A stretch of DNA of 64,000 nt. Source: Pseudomonadota bacterium (GTDB lineage: Bacteria; Bdellovibrionota; FAC87; UBA2466). The notes below the pieces were generated by a model that saw only the letters and a list, made by a program, of their open reading frames with translations, was not told the origin of the DNA and did not search any database. The translations under genes and the position numbers were made by a program. How positions within the stretch are numbered: position 1 is the first letter of the stretch; each line of letters starts with the position of its first letter. The DNA is taken from NCBI GenBank assembly GCA_031425635.1, contig JANPJT010000221.1:559-64558 (forward strand), read 5' to 3'. Below, one piece after another: positions 38,650-47,086 of this stretch.

Positions 38650-38818
38650 GTGTACAGTCTGTCCACACGTTAGTCATTCTAAGCTGCCAGAACCCTTTGA
38701 GAATCCCACAAACCGTAACGGGTTGATGGAAGCCAAACAAAATACCATTCACTGACTCCAAAGGTTTCAATGACTTAGCTTGGTACCCTCCTTGCTAACT
38801 AGTGGGGTAGGGGGAAGA
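38650..38818 (+). promoter_or_regulatory. Conserved intergenic element, copy 2, directly upstream of (and including the RBS of) the 38819 gene
   Basis: Same 37-nt core as 35416-35452. Ends in GGGGTAGGGGGAAGA immediately before the TTG start of the downstream secreted-protein gene. Confidence 0.6.
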
Positions 38819-40234
38819 TTGCCCAGACGGTTTCAAAAACCCATTTTTGTTTTGCTTTTCGCGAGCGCGCTCGCTTGGGGAGAGCGCCCCGAGGATCAAG
38901 AAAGCAAAGCCCGGGAAGATCTTGCGGGTCGTCTCTTGCGCCTCAGCCAATCGCTCGACATGAAAGAAGCCAAGTACGAAGAAAGCGCCGCGGGGGGAAA
39001 GAGCTACGACGCCAATACGGGGAACTCTTTCGTTTCGAATACCACCATCCACTATAACGTCGAAAGCACTTGCCGAGCGTGGCTCGGTGGAAACTCCGAT
39101 ATTTGCGAATCGTGGTTAGATCCTTTCATCTCGGAGCACGGTTTTGGCGGCGACTTTTCGCCTCTGGAAGGCGCTGTCGCCGGTAGCTGGCGAGACAACC
39201 AGTCGGTGGACCAAGGGGGGCGCTACCGGATTTGGGATGTGGAACGGCAAGGCGGGGGCTCCAATACGGATGCCGATGGAAAATTTGATAAAAGCGGGAT
39301 CACGGACTGGCGGATCACCGACAGCGTGAGACAGAAACTGGAAGAAGTGGGCGAGCAAACAGCCGTTCGCCAAATTGCCTTGAGCTTTGATGAAAGCAAC
39401 CCCAAAGGCGGCAAACCGAGCAACACGATGCCCAACATGGAAGGCTTGCGCATGATGGCTAGCCGCTGGACCAAAATGTTCCGAAACCGCCTGGTCGCGA
39501 ACCTTGCTGAAATGCGGGTGGCCGATAAAGGGTCAGAAGTTTTGCTAAACGAGGAAAAAGTCGATTGTGAATCCTACGTCCAAGCCATGCAGCGCGAACA
39601 GGAACAAACGAGAGTGGAAGAGCGCTTAACGAACCAAGCCAAGCTGGATCCGGAAACCAATATCCGTTCGCTCCAGCAAAGGTACCAAGCGTGCGTAGCG
39701 CTCCGAGCTTCGTCCGTCGATGCAGTCAACCCAGAAGTGCAAGGGGATCAGGTTGTGGAAGGGGATCCGGACGCGGAACGCTACGATAAGTGGCGTACCC
39801 GGCTCAATATAGCCGCTATCGACAACGTAGGGATCGACGTGAACTCGCTTGCCCGCCCACGGAGCATGGTGGTTTCTGAAGAAGACCAAAGCGCTTTGCT
39901 TGCCCAGTGGGAAGAAGGCGGCCAGAAAATCCGCGGCCGAAAGCAAATGACCAATGCCCAGCAGCTCCAGTCCTATAACAACAATTTGGAGCTTGCCGCA
40001 GTAGGGATGAAAGAAGTGGCGTTACGCACAGGGAACGTCGTCGACAATAGTGACTTCGTGAAAAAGCACAAAATCAAAAAAGGCCAGTTCAATGCCATCC
40101 GCTTAAATAGCTTAACTTCCGAAATGCGTCGTGAGCTCAGTTCGACTTCGATGCAAAAGTCGAGTGTGCTCAAAGGCGGACCGGAACTTCAGCTTGAAAA
40201 CAACGCCACAGAATTAGCGATTACTCGGCGCTGA
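38780..40234 (+). CDS. Hypothetical secreted protein (likely TTG start at 38819: MPRRFQKPIFVLLFASALAWG…)
   Basis: There is no in-frame ATG near the 5' end. TTG at 38819 preceded by GGGGGA gives a classical signal peptide. The final ~45 codons lie inside direct-repeat copy 1. Confidence 0.55.
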   Translation: MVPSLLTSGVGGRLPRRFQKPIFVLLFASALAWGERPEDQESKAREDLAGRLLRLSQSLDMKEAKYEESAAGGKSYDANTGNSFVSNTTIHYNVESTCRAWLGGNSDICESWLDPFISEHGFGGDFSPLEGAVAGSWRDNQSVDQGGRYRIWDVERQGGGSNTDADGKFDKSGITDWRITDSVRQKLEEVGEQTAVRQIALSFDESNPKGGKPSNTMPNMEGLRMMASRWTKMFRNRLVANLAEMRVADKGSEVLLNEEKVDCESYVQAMQREQEQTRVEERLTNQAKLDPETNIRSLQQRYQACVALRASSVDAVNPEVQGDQVVEGDPDAERYDKWRTRLNIAAIDNVGIDVNSLARPRSMVVSEEDQSALLAQWEEGGQKIRGRKQMTNAQQLQSYNNNLELAAVGMKEVALRTGNVVDNSDFVKKHKIKKGQFNAIRLNSLTSEMRRELSSTSMQKSSVLKGGPELQLENNATELAITRR

Positions 40235-40268
40235 TTGTTTTGAAGGTCTCAGGAAGAAGTCGCTCAGG
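40104..40268. repeat. Direct repeat, copy 1 (~165 bp). Covers the last ~43 codons of the 38780 gene and ~35 nt downstream.
   Basis: About 91% identical to 42314-42478 at a constant offset of 2210 nt. Confidence 0.85.
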
Positions 40269-40498
40269 AAACGCTACAACCTGATCCGATTCGGGCTCCG
40301 GCGTCTTTGCAAGCTGTTTTAGAGCTTTGGTCAACCCTCGGCTTTCTTTGCGCTACCATTCCCAAATTCGACCTCTCGCCACTAACGCTAAGGTGACAAA
40401 ACTTGTCATCCTGACCAGCCAATCCCCCTTTGAGCAACTAGGTCAGCTTCGCTCGAGCTAGGAACAGAAACTGCATTTGATGTGGGTGGATCGAGCGC

Positions 40499-41698
40499 AT
40501 GCGACCAAAATCACCGTACTTTCTATTCCTTCTGGGCTTGATCCTGGCACTTATTTCCATGCGGCCTGTTTTGGCTAGTGACACAAACAAAGCGCCGGCA
40601 TGTGGCCCTCCGATGGAATTGCTCCTTCGCTCGTCGCCGGTCAAACAGGGCCGACCGCGCGGTTCAGCGAAGCGGGATCAAGTGATCGCTGGAGTGAGAA
40701 AATACCTCGCCCATCGGCTTACCGATGAAACCTTTCTCTTCCCCAACGACGCGCAATTGGCCGCGGAGTTCGGCTGTAGCCCGAGAGTTATCTCTTATTA
40801 TTTAAAAGATCTGACACCAGAAGAACTCGGGTTAATTAAAAGCCTGCCTCGCCAGAGAACGAATCAAGTCAAGCGCGCTGCGCTCAATGGCGCCTCCCTT
40901 GTGGCGCTGCAAGCGGAGATAACTGCCCACCGCGCGGGGAACGCACTTTCTATCTCTACAAATCGCGAATTAAAAACGAGATTTGGAGGCTCTAAAGCAG
41001 TCAAGTTACTACTTGCCAGTCTCACCCCGGAGGAAACCGCCTATCGGCAGCAGATCCTAAAAAAACAGCACAAACAGCGAATCTCCGAAACGTCGCAGAA
41101 GGCGTTACTTGTAAAAAAACAAGAATTTATTTCGCACGTCACCAACCTAGTGAAAAAGTATAGGCCAGGCGAAGCTTACTTCCCTTCCTACTTAGAGCTG
41201 AGCTCTCTGTTTGAGGTCGATACAGTCACGCTTCAAAAATGGCAAAGAGCATTAGACCCAGAAATCAACCAAATGCGAAAATCAATTTTGAAAAACGAAC
41301 GATCTGTTCGCATGCGAGACGCTCGGTCGGCTCCATTCGATGACAGAAAGGAAGCTTTCATAGCCTTCGCGAAAGAAGAATTAGAAAAATTAGAAAAAGG
41401 CGCTATCCCGCGAGTTCTGACGATGAGTGAACTTTCCGAAAAATTTAGTGTAGGCACACACGCCATTTTCAATTGGCTAAAAGAACTTCCAGAATCGAGC
41501 CAGGCGCTTCGTAACCGATCTAGTCGGGACTCGGGTTGGGAGCGCTTAAGCGAAACGCTGAGAGAGCCTAATCGAAACCGACGGGCGGTGTTTGTCGAAA
41601 AGGTTCGAGCGGAGATTCAAGCGCATCGGCTAGGCACGATTACAGAGCTGTCCACGATCGACGATTGGGAGAGAAGTGAACTTTTGGGGAGGAAGTAG
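40499..41698 (+). CDS. Hypothetical protein with an N-terminal hydrophobic anchor/signal and four tandem ~55-aa HTH-like repeats
   Basis: N-terminus 'YFLFLLGLILALISMRPVLA'. Repeats contain 'FPNDAQLAAEFGCSPRVISYYLKDL', 'YFPSYLELSSLFEVDTVTLQKWQRAL', 'RVLTMSELSEKFSVGTHAIFNWLKEL' and 'LGTITELSTIDDWERSEL'. Confidence 0.5.
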   Translation: MRPKSPYFLFLLGLILALISMRPVLASDTNKAPACGPPMELLLRSSPVKQGRPRGSAKRDQVIAGVRKYLAHRLTDETFLFPNDAQLAAEFGCSPRVISYYLKDLTPEELGLIKSLPRQRTNQVKRAALNGASLVALQAEITAHRAGNALSISTNRELKTRFGGSKAVKLLLASLTPEETAYRQQILKKQHKQRISETSQKALLVKKQEFISHVTNLVKKYRPGEAYFPSYLELSSLFEVDTVTLQKWQRALDPEINQMRKSILKNERSVRMRDARSAPFDDRKEAFIAFAKEELEKLEKGAIPRVLTMSELSEKFSVGTHAIFNWLKELPESSQALRNRSSRDSGWERLSETLREPNRNRRAVFVEKVRAEIQAHRLGTITELSTIDDWERSELLGRK

Positions 41699-41758
41699 GT
41701 ATTTAATTGGCTACAGGACTTAAGTCCCGAGGATTCTAGCTACCGAACGATCCATGCA

Positions 41759-42316
41759 GTGAGGCAAGGGCGAGCCAGAAACCGGGATACGCATTTCAAC
41801 GGCCAGGATTACGACTCTGTTCAAGAGGCTTCGATTGCGACCTTGCTTGAGCGTTACATTGACGGTTTTGTGCTGGAAAATGGTGTGACCCACCAAGTGA
41901 ACGTTGGCACTTCTTCAAGTATCGATTTTCGGATTGGCCAGACATTTTTCGAGTGGCACCCGATTACCTTTCGGCCGAAGGATTTCAAGAGCGATGTTGC
42001 GTACGAGCAACACCGGAATACGAAAATGACTCGCGAGGAAAAATTAGAGCTAGAGAAAGTCCTGGCAGGCGACTACCACCAGCGGCGTTTCAATCTTCTC
42101 ACCGAGGAAATGCAAAACGAACCCTTTGATTTGATTAGTACCCAAACGTTTGGCCAATTCTATAGCCAAGTGCTCCAGCGCTTCAGTTCAACAGAGCTTC
42201 CAACCGAATCCGAAATCGCCAAAGAATTTGGAGTGATTCAACAGGAAGTTCGAGCGCAAAACCGAGATGGCGCAAAGACTAAAAACCCAAAGCGGAAAAC
42301 GCTCCCACCATCGTAA
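41759..42316 (+). CDS. Hypothetical protein
   Basis: 185 aa with no confident motif. The stop abuts the start of direct-repeat copy 2. Confidence 0.4.
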   Translation: MRQGRARNRDTHFNGQDYDSVQEASIATLLERYIDGFVLENGVTHQVNVGTSSSIDFRIGQTFFEWHPITFRPKDFKSDVAYEQHRNTKMTREEKLELEKVLAGDYHQRRFNLLTEEMQNEPFDLISTQTFGQFYSQVLQRFSSTELPTESEIAKEFGVIQQEVRAQNRDGAKTKNPKRKTLPPS

Positions 42317-42478
42317 ATGGCTTAACTTCCGAAATGCGTCGGGAGCTCAGTTCGACTTCGATGCAGAAGTCGAGTGTGCTCAAAGGCGGACCGGAACTTC
42401 AGCCTGAAAACAACGCCACGGACCTAACGATTAGTCGGCGCTGATTGTTTTGAAAGTCTCACGAATAAGTCGCTTAGG
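42314..42478. repeat. Direct repeat, copy 2. Keeps an intact-frame relic of the 38780 gene's C-terminus and contains the vapC 3' end.
   Basis: In the frame corresponding to the 38780 gene, copy 2 reads NGLTSEMRRELSSTSMQKSSVLKGGPELQPENNATDLTISRR* with no frameshift. Many differences are synonymous (CGT/CGG, CAA/CAG, ACA/ACG). Confidence 0.85.
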
Positions 42479-42801
42479 CGTTTGTCGTAGGTATATAGAG
42501 ACACTCCAGACACCAATGCGCTCGTTAGCAGCTGCATATCTATCCAGCCCAGCCCTTTGGCAAAGACGGCCCTTGTTTCAATAAACGCCAGAATCTGCTC
42601 CGACTCAAGCTCCCGCGCTTTCGGAAGTTGCTTTAAATCTTTGATAAACACTTCTCTTCGATGAAGGCTTCCGCAGGCTAACTCGCCGATGACGCACGAA
42701 TGGGTGAGCGCTTGCCGGTTGCGCAACAGATTTACTAAATTCGGATCGGAGTGGCGCAAATGCCGGATCCAAACCGATGTATCCACTAAAGAAGGGGTCA
42801 T
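42424..42801 (-). CDS. vapC: PIN-domain toxin VapC
   Basis: 125 aa. N-terminal 'LVDTSVWI' (first acidic residue) and 'CVIGELACG'. PIN-like length. 4-nt overlap with the upstream antitoxin gene. Confidence 0.75.
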   Translation of the reverse strand: MTPSLVDTSVWIRHLRHSDPNLVNLLRNRQALTHSCVIGELACGSLHRREVFIKDLKQLPKARELESEQILAFIETRAVFAKGLGWIDMQLLTSALVSGVSLYTYDKRLSDLFVRLSKQSAPTNR

Positions 42802-42992
42802 TTCTTGGGGCGTCTACGCGTAGGTGCTTTGGCCATAGGCATTGATCCTCCGAGTCTAATCAGCCTATCCGTTGCCGCCTGTGCAATTAGAAGCTCGAGA
42901 CCCTTATGGATCAAGGCCGTCTTCTCGGTGATTCCCGTCGCTTGGCTAGCTTCTTTTATGAGATCATCCTTCAAAATAATGGTCGTTCGCAT
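42798..42992 (-). CDS. vapB: VapB-type antitoxin (DUF2191-like)
   Basis: 'MRTTIILKDDLIKEASQATGITEKTALIHKGLELLIAQAA' is the typical VapB/Rv0623-like antitoxin N-terminus. Start at the internal ATG, 64 aa. Confidence 0.7.
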   Translation of the reverse strand: MRTTIILKDDLIKEASQATGITEKTALIHKGLELLIAQAATDRLIRLGGSMPMAKAPTRRRPKK

Positions 42993-43036
42993 GCATACCA
43001 GTATATATGATCCATATGCATTGTTCAATCGGCAGT

Positions 43037-43771
43037 CTATCGTTTTATCCAGTCTCGGGCGGGCCCTTCGCCAAAGACATTTGCGATGGTCTCCACGTTC
43101 CAAAAGCTCTTGGATTTTGCGTGGTGCACGAGGCGGCCTTCTTTAAACGCACAAATCCAGTTAGCTTTTCTCTGCGCAAACTCCAAATCGTGCGTGCAGA
43201 CGAGCACACGAGTGTCCTTTAAAGAAACGGCGCCTTGGAGAGCATTCCAAAAAAAGAAACGCGCTTCGGGGTCCAAGTGGTTGGTGGGTTCATCCAAGAG
43301 CAGTACTTTCGGTTTTTGGAGCAGTGCACGCGCCAAAAAAGCCCGCTGCCTTTCGCCGGGACTTAAGGATCCCAACGCTTTTTTTTGAAGCCCTTCCATC
43401 GTGAACTGGGCGAGTAACGCATCAACCTCTTCGCTCTGCTCGGGCGAAAGTTTCTGAAACCAGCCCAGCGCCGGTAAAAAGGCGAGGCCCAAGCAGTCTC
43501 TGAGCGTTAAATGGGCCGGGAACACAGGTTCTTGAGGCACGTAGGCGAGGGTCCTAAATTCGGGCGCTATTTCGACCGAACCCTTTTGGATCATCGACGG
43601 GTCGAGAATCGACCGCAGGAGTGTCGTCTTTCCGGCGCCGTTACGCCCCAGGAGGACGGTGATCCCGGGTTCGAGCAGTTCAAAGGTCAATGGCTCCGGC
43701 GTAACAGGCTTTTTGGAATACCCTAAAACCGCTTGGTTTACCCGAAGCCAAACGCTCACGGCTTCCTCCAC
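43037..43771 (-). CDS. ABC transporter ATP-binding protein (iron-chelate/B12 importer type)
   Basis: Walker A 'GRNGAGKTTLL', signature 'LSPGERQRAFLARAL', Walker B 'LLLDEPTNHLD'. Overlaps the permease gene. Confidence 0.85.
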   Translation of the reverse strand: MEEAVSVWLRVNQAVLGYSKKPVTPEPLTFELLEPGITVLLGRNGAGKTTLLRSILDPSMIQKGSVEIAPEFRTLAYVPQEPVFPAHLTLRDCLGLAFLPALGWFQKLSPEQSEEVDALLAQFTMEGLQKKALGSLSPGERQRAFLARALLQKPKVLLLDEPTNHLDPEARFFFWNALQGAVSLKDTRVLVCTHDLEFAQRKANWICAFKEGRLVHHAKSKSFWNVETIANVFGEGPARDWIKR

Positions 43772-44706
43772 AAAAGCACGAGAAACAGCGGGCCACCAAT
43801 CAGCGTCGTGATGATCCCAATTGGAAACTCAAGCGGGGGTAAAAGCCCTCGGGAGCAACCGTCTGCAAACAAAAGGAACGCACCACCTAAGGGCGCTGAA
43901 AGAAATAAAAGCCGTCGCGTGCTGCTGGGCTGAAAGACTCTTCGAACAAAATGGGGGACGACTAGCCCCAGAAAGCCGATGGAGCCAGTGTAGGAAACCA
44001 GCCAGGCGAGAAGCAGAGAAGTGAGCGAGAGGTAAAAAAGACGAGTATTCCGGGCGGAGAAACCGAGAGTTTGGGCTACTCCATCCCCGAATTGTAGCGC
44101 GTCGAGTGATCGGGCTGCGGCAAGCGCAATCAAAAGCCCCCCGCTTGCCCCAAGTGCGAACAAGACCGATTGCGGCGCGCTGACCCAAGGGATCTGCCCA
44201 AAGAGCCACCGCATGGATCCGCCCCCTACTTGCTGGTTGTGAAAAGAAAGGAGTAAAAAGAGTGCCGAAGAAAGCACGAAATTGACTCCCAACCCAAAAA
44301 GCGCAATGCGCTCGGTTTCTTTTCCATGGTTTGAAAAAGTGAGAAGCAGCAGAGCGCCAGTCACCAGCAGAGCGCCACAAAGCCCAAGGGCTTGAGATCC
44401 TGCCGAGGGGGCCAAAATTCCCAGCGCGATTTCCCCTACCGCCATTGCCAAAGTAGCCCCCGTAGAAATTCCCAGCAGGTAAGGCTCCGCAAGCGGGTTG
44501 AGGAAAAGAATCTGGTAGATAGCGCCCACACAGGCCAAAGTCGCGCCAGCCCAAAAAACAAAAAGCAGCCGAGGCAGGCGGAGTTCAAAAAGGATTCGGT
44601 AGTCTGCCGATGAAGTGTCCAGTGCTCTGTCCCAATGCACGGGCACCCCGCTCCATAGCGCAAAAAGAAAAGCGAGTAAGCAGCCAAAGAATAAACTAAC
44701 GCGCAT
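43756..44706 (-). CDS. FecCD/BtuC-family ABC permease
   Basis: 316 aa, about 9-10 TM helices. 'GATLAMAVGEIALG' and 'IGFLGLVVPH' are typical of FecCD. Confidence 0.8.
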   Translation of the reverse strand: MRVSLFFGCLLAFLFALWSGVPVHWDRALDTSSADYRILFELRLPRLLFVFWAGATLACVGAIYQILFLNPLAEPYLLGISTGATLAMAVGEIALGILAPSAGSQALGLCGALLVTGALLLLTFSNHGKETERIALFGLGVNFVLSSALFLLLSFHNQQVGGGSMRWLFGQIPWVSAPQSVLFALGASGGLLIALAAARSLDALQFGDGVAQTLGFSARNTRLFYLSLTSLLLAWLVSYTGSIGFLGLVVPHFVRRVFQPSSTRRLLFLSAPLGGAFLLFADGCSRGLLPPLEFPIGIITTLIGGPLFLVLLWRKP

Positions 44707-45496
44707 GGCAGCCCTTCCAAGGGTAGCGTTGTGCGACCGCTTCCAGCGAAGTAAACGACGCCCTCGCGAAATAGTCGGACGGTAACGCGACTAAGGTTAT
44801 TTGTGCCGTCGGCCACCAGTGTTTCACTTTAGCGGCAATTTGCTCTCGGTTGCCCGCAGTGTGTTCAAGAAAAAATACGGTGTCTGGCGTATTCCGCAGC
44901 AGCCATTCTTCACTCACCGATGGGTACATGGAAAGCGGGACGGCCGAAACGAGGTTTTGAAAACCGGCTTTTTCTTGAAGGCGGGACAAAAAAGAATCCT
45001 TGCCGAGAACAATGGCGGGTTCCCACCAAACAAAAGTAATGGATTTCAGTTGAGGTTTAAAAAGCGCTTTAGATCCAGATAAACAATTTCTCCATCGGGT
45101 TAAAAGAGGTGGCTCGTCTCTCGATAGCTCACTGAGCAGTCGACCGCTGTCCTCCAGAAGGGTTTCCGGAGATTGCGTTCGAAGGACGAAAACAGGAGTC
45201 CCCAAAGTGCGAAGGGCTCCCTGGAAATGCGGCGATAAGTTGAGCGAATCTAGCACGACAAGCGTTGGAGCGAGGGCGACCACTTTCTCAATGCTGGGAG
45301 CAAAAAGGCCGCCAATCGTGCTGATCTGAGAAGCCTCCGGAGGGAATTGGCTGCCATCGACGGTTCCAACCACTTCGGAGCCCAGGCCTAGCTGAAAAAG
45401 TACTTCGGTTGCTTGAGGGCTCGTGCTGATAAGCCGGTCCGCCCAAGCGGCGTAAGTAACGATGGCAAAAAACAAGACCGTCCTCATCGAGCGCAT
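44696..45496 (-). CDS. Periplasmic substrate-binding protein (BtuF/FhuD-like, class III)
   Basis: Start at ATG 45496 (MRSMRTVLFFAIVTYAAWA signal peptide). 'ISTSPQATEVLFQLGLGSEVVG' matches the BtuF N-lobe motif. The ORF-track N-terminal 190 aa up to 46063 are antisense to the 45644 gene and likely not translated. Confidence 0.7.
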   Translation of the reverse strand: MRSMRTVLFFAIVTYAAWADRLISTSPQATEVLFQLGLGSEVVGTVDGSQFPPEASQISTIGGLFAPSIEKVVALAPTLVVLDSLNLSPHFQGALRTLGTPVFVLRTQSPETLLEDSGRLLSELSRDEPPLLTRWRNCLSGSKALFKPQLKSITFVWWEPAIVLGKDSFLSRLQEKAGFQNLVSAVPLSMYPSVSEEWLLRNTPDTVFFLEHTAGNREQIAAKVKHWWPTAQITLVALPSDYFARASFTSLEAVAQRYPWKGCHAR

Positions 45497-45643
45497 CCTG
45501 CTTTGGACTGGTAGATTTGCCAAGCGATAAGCCGTTGAAATTGATGTGGTAAGGACTGGCACGAATTTTGTGCTGGAGCGAGTCATAGAAAAAGCCGATG
45601 GGGATGAAAGGTCCCTCGGAAACTGATAAAATGGAGCTATCCC

Positions 45644-46258
45644 ATGAAAGCTTCTGCAAAAAAGGCCCAAAATCCGGCACCCGTTGTCGTCGCCAGCGAT
45701 TTCTTTGCTTCCGAGCTTCGGTCGGTCATGACCAAAAGGCACGTGGAAGCAGGCCAGGAGTCTTTTGACTACTTGGTGGCCCTCCTTACTCGTTCCATTG
45801 AAACCAGTGCGTTCTTTGCCAGTTCGGCGGACGGTAAATGCGTGGATCATTTCCTTGTCGGCCTGTACGGCGAGTTTATGCAGGGTAGCCCCGAAGTGAA
45901 AAGGAACGCTTTGCGCCGGCTGGGGGATGTCTGCCTCATGGTAACTGGGTTTTTCCCGGATAGCCTCAATCGAAAAATAGTCGACATCGATTACTACTTC
46001 GGCATGGGCGGAGCAGCCTACTGGCAGCTGTCCAAAGAAGAAAAAGGGAACGCCACTTTTCAAGAGCTGTCCGTGAAGTTCCGGACGTTCTCCAATGTTT
46101 TAGGGGAAATGAGCGAACGCAGCGGGCTCCAGTCCAACAAAGACCTTTTGCGCCTCTATGAAAAATGGACTTATTCAAAAAGCGAGCGGCTTAAAGAGTT
46201 GCTCGCCGAACAGGGAATAGACGCTCCCGTTTTTCTCGATCCCAAAACCCGTCACTAA
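45644..46258 (+). CDS. Hypothetical protein
   Basis: 204 aa soluble, no motif recognised. Divergent from the ABC importer operon. Confidence 0.4.
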   Translation: MKASAKKAQNPAPVVVASDFFASELRSVMTKRHVEAGQESFDYLVALLTRSIETSAFFASSADGKCVDHFLVGLYGEFMQGSPEVKRNALRRLGDVCLMVTGFFPDSLNRKIVDIDYYFGMGGAAYWQLSKEEKGNATFQELSVKFRTFSNVLGEMSERSGLQSNKDLLRLYEKWTYSKSERLKELLAEQGIDAPVFLDPKTRH

Positions 46259-46268
46259 AGGCACTATC

Positions 46269-46889
46269 GTGAAAGCGGTAACCCTCATTGATAGAGCGCT
46301 CAAAGAGCTCTATCAGTTGAAATCCCCCCTCCAGGCCGAACATTTTTTAGTGGCAAAACCACTTGCCCATAAGGCGGGCAGCGGGGCGCTGTATATTGCA
46401 GAGCCCACACGAGAGGACGATTCACTCGGTCTGGGGATTTACCTGAATTCCGAAATCCAAAACGAGCTTCAGAGTTTTCCTGCTTGGGAAAACCGTTGGA
46501 GCCCCGCGCAGACTTCCGCGTTCGGTGTCGCAGCCGAAGAAGTGAGCCATTTCAATTATATTGTGCACCATGCGCCGCAAGGCCGGTCGGTAAGCCATTT
46601 GGAGCTCGAACTCCAGGGAGAAATCGACAAGTTTCTTCTGGTTTTTTACGCTTCCCCTCAGCCTTTAGAAGACCTCTTTGAAAAATTCTTTGAAAAATTC
46701 CGTTGGGAGCCAAACCTGAGCGACGAGGAGCGCAATCGCTACGAGCAAGCCAATGCTTTAGCTAAAGCCTTTCTCATGAAGAACGCGAGCCTGATCGGAA
46801 AGGCTGAAGCAAGAGAGCAGTGCTTTAAGCGACTGCGGGAGTTTTACCGCCTAAGCTTCGATGGAAAAGTCAGTTCTGCACAAAAGTGA
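46269..46889 (+). CDS. Hypothetical protein
   Basis: 206 aa soluble. 10-nt gap after the preceding gene suggests an operon with it. Confidence 0.4.
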   Translation: MKAVTLIDRALKELYQLKSPLQAEHFLVAKPLAHKAGSGALYIAEPTREDDSLGLGIYLNSEIQNELQSFPAWENRWSPAQTSAFGVAAEEVSHFNYIVHHAPQGRSVSHLELELQGEIDKFLLVFYASPQPLEDLFEKFFEKFRWEPNLSDEERNRYEQANALAKAFLMKNASLIGKAEAREQCFKRLREFYRLSFDGKVSSAQK

Positions 46890-47086
46890 ACTTTTGGGAA
46901 GCCGCTGCTTTTTAAAATCAGAGCCCTTCAATCGACCCCACGTGAAATTTCATCTTGGATTCTCAGTCTGGCAGCTTTCTGTGCGGCGCATTTTGTCAGT
47001 GTCTAAAGTGACAAAGTTTGCGCCTTGTTTTCCCTCTTAGAATCCGTAGAATGCAGCGCTCATCGATTAATCTGGGGGTTATTCAC

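Noticed and set aside
45497-45643. Cobalamin riboswitch upstream of the BtuF-like transporter operon
   Set aside because: Reading the minus-strand leader, I could not find a B12-box or the conserved GCCACTG core.
44696-46063. 455-aa ORF-track version of the substrate-binding protein
   Set aside because: The N-terminal ~190 aa are antisense to the 45644..46258 gene and lack any binding-protein features. The signal peptide begins at the internal MRSMRTV, so the start is 45496.
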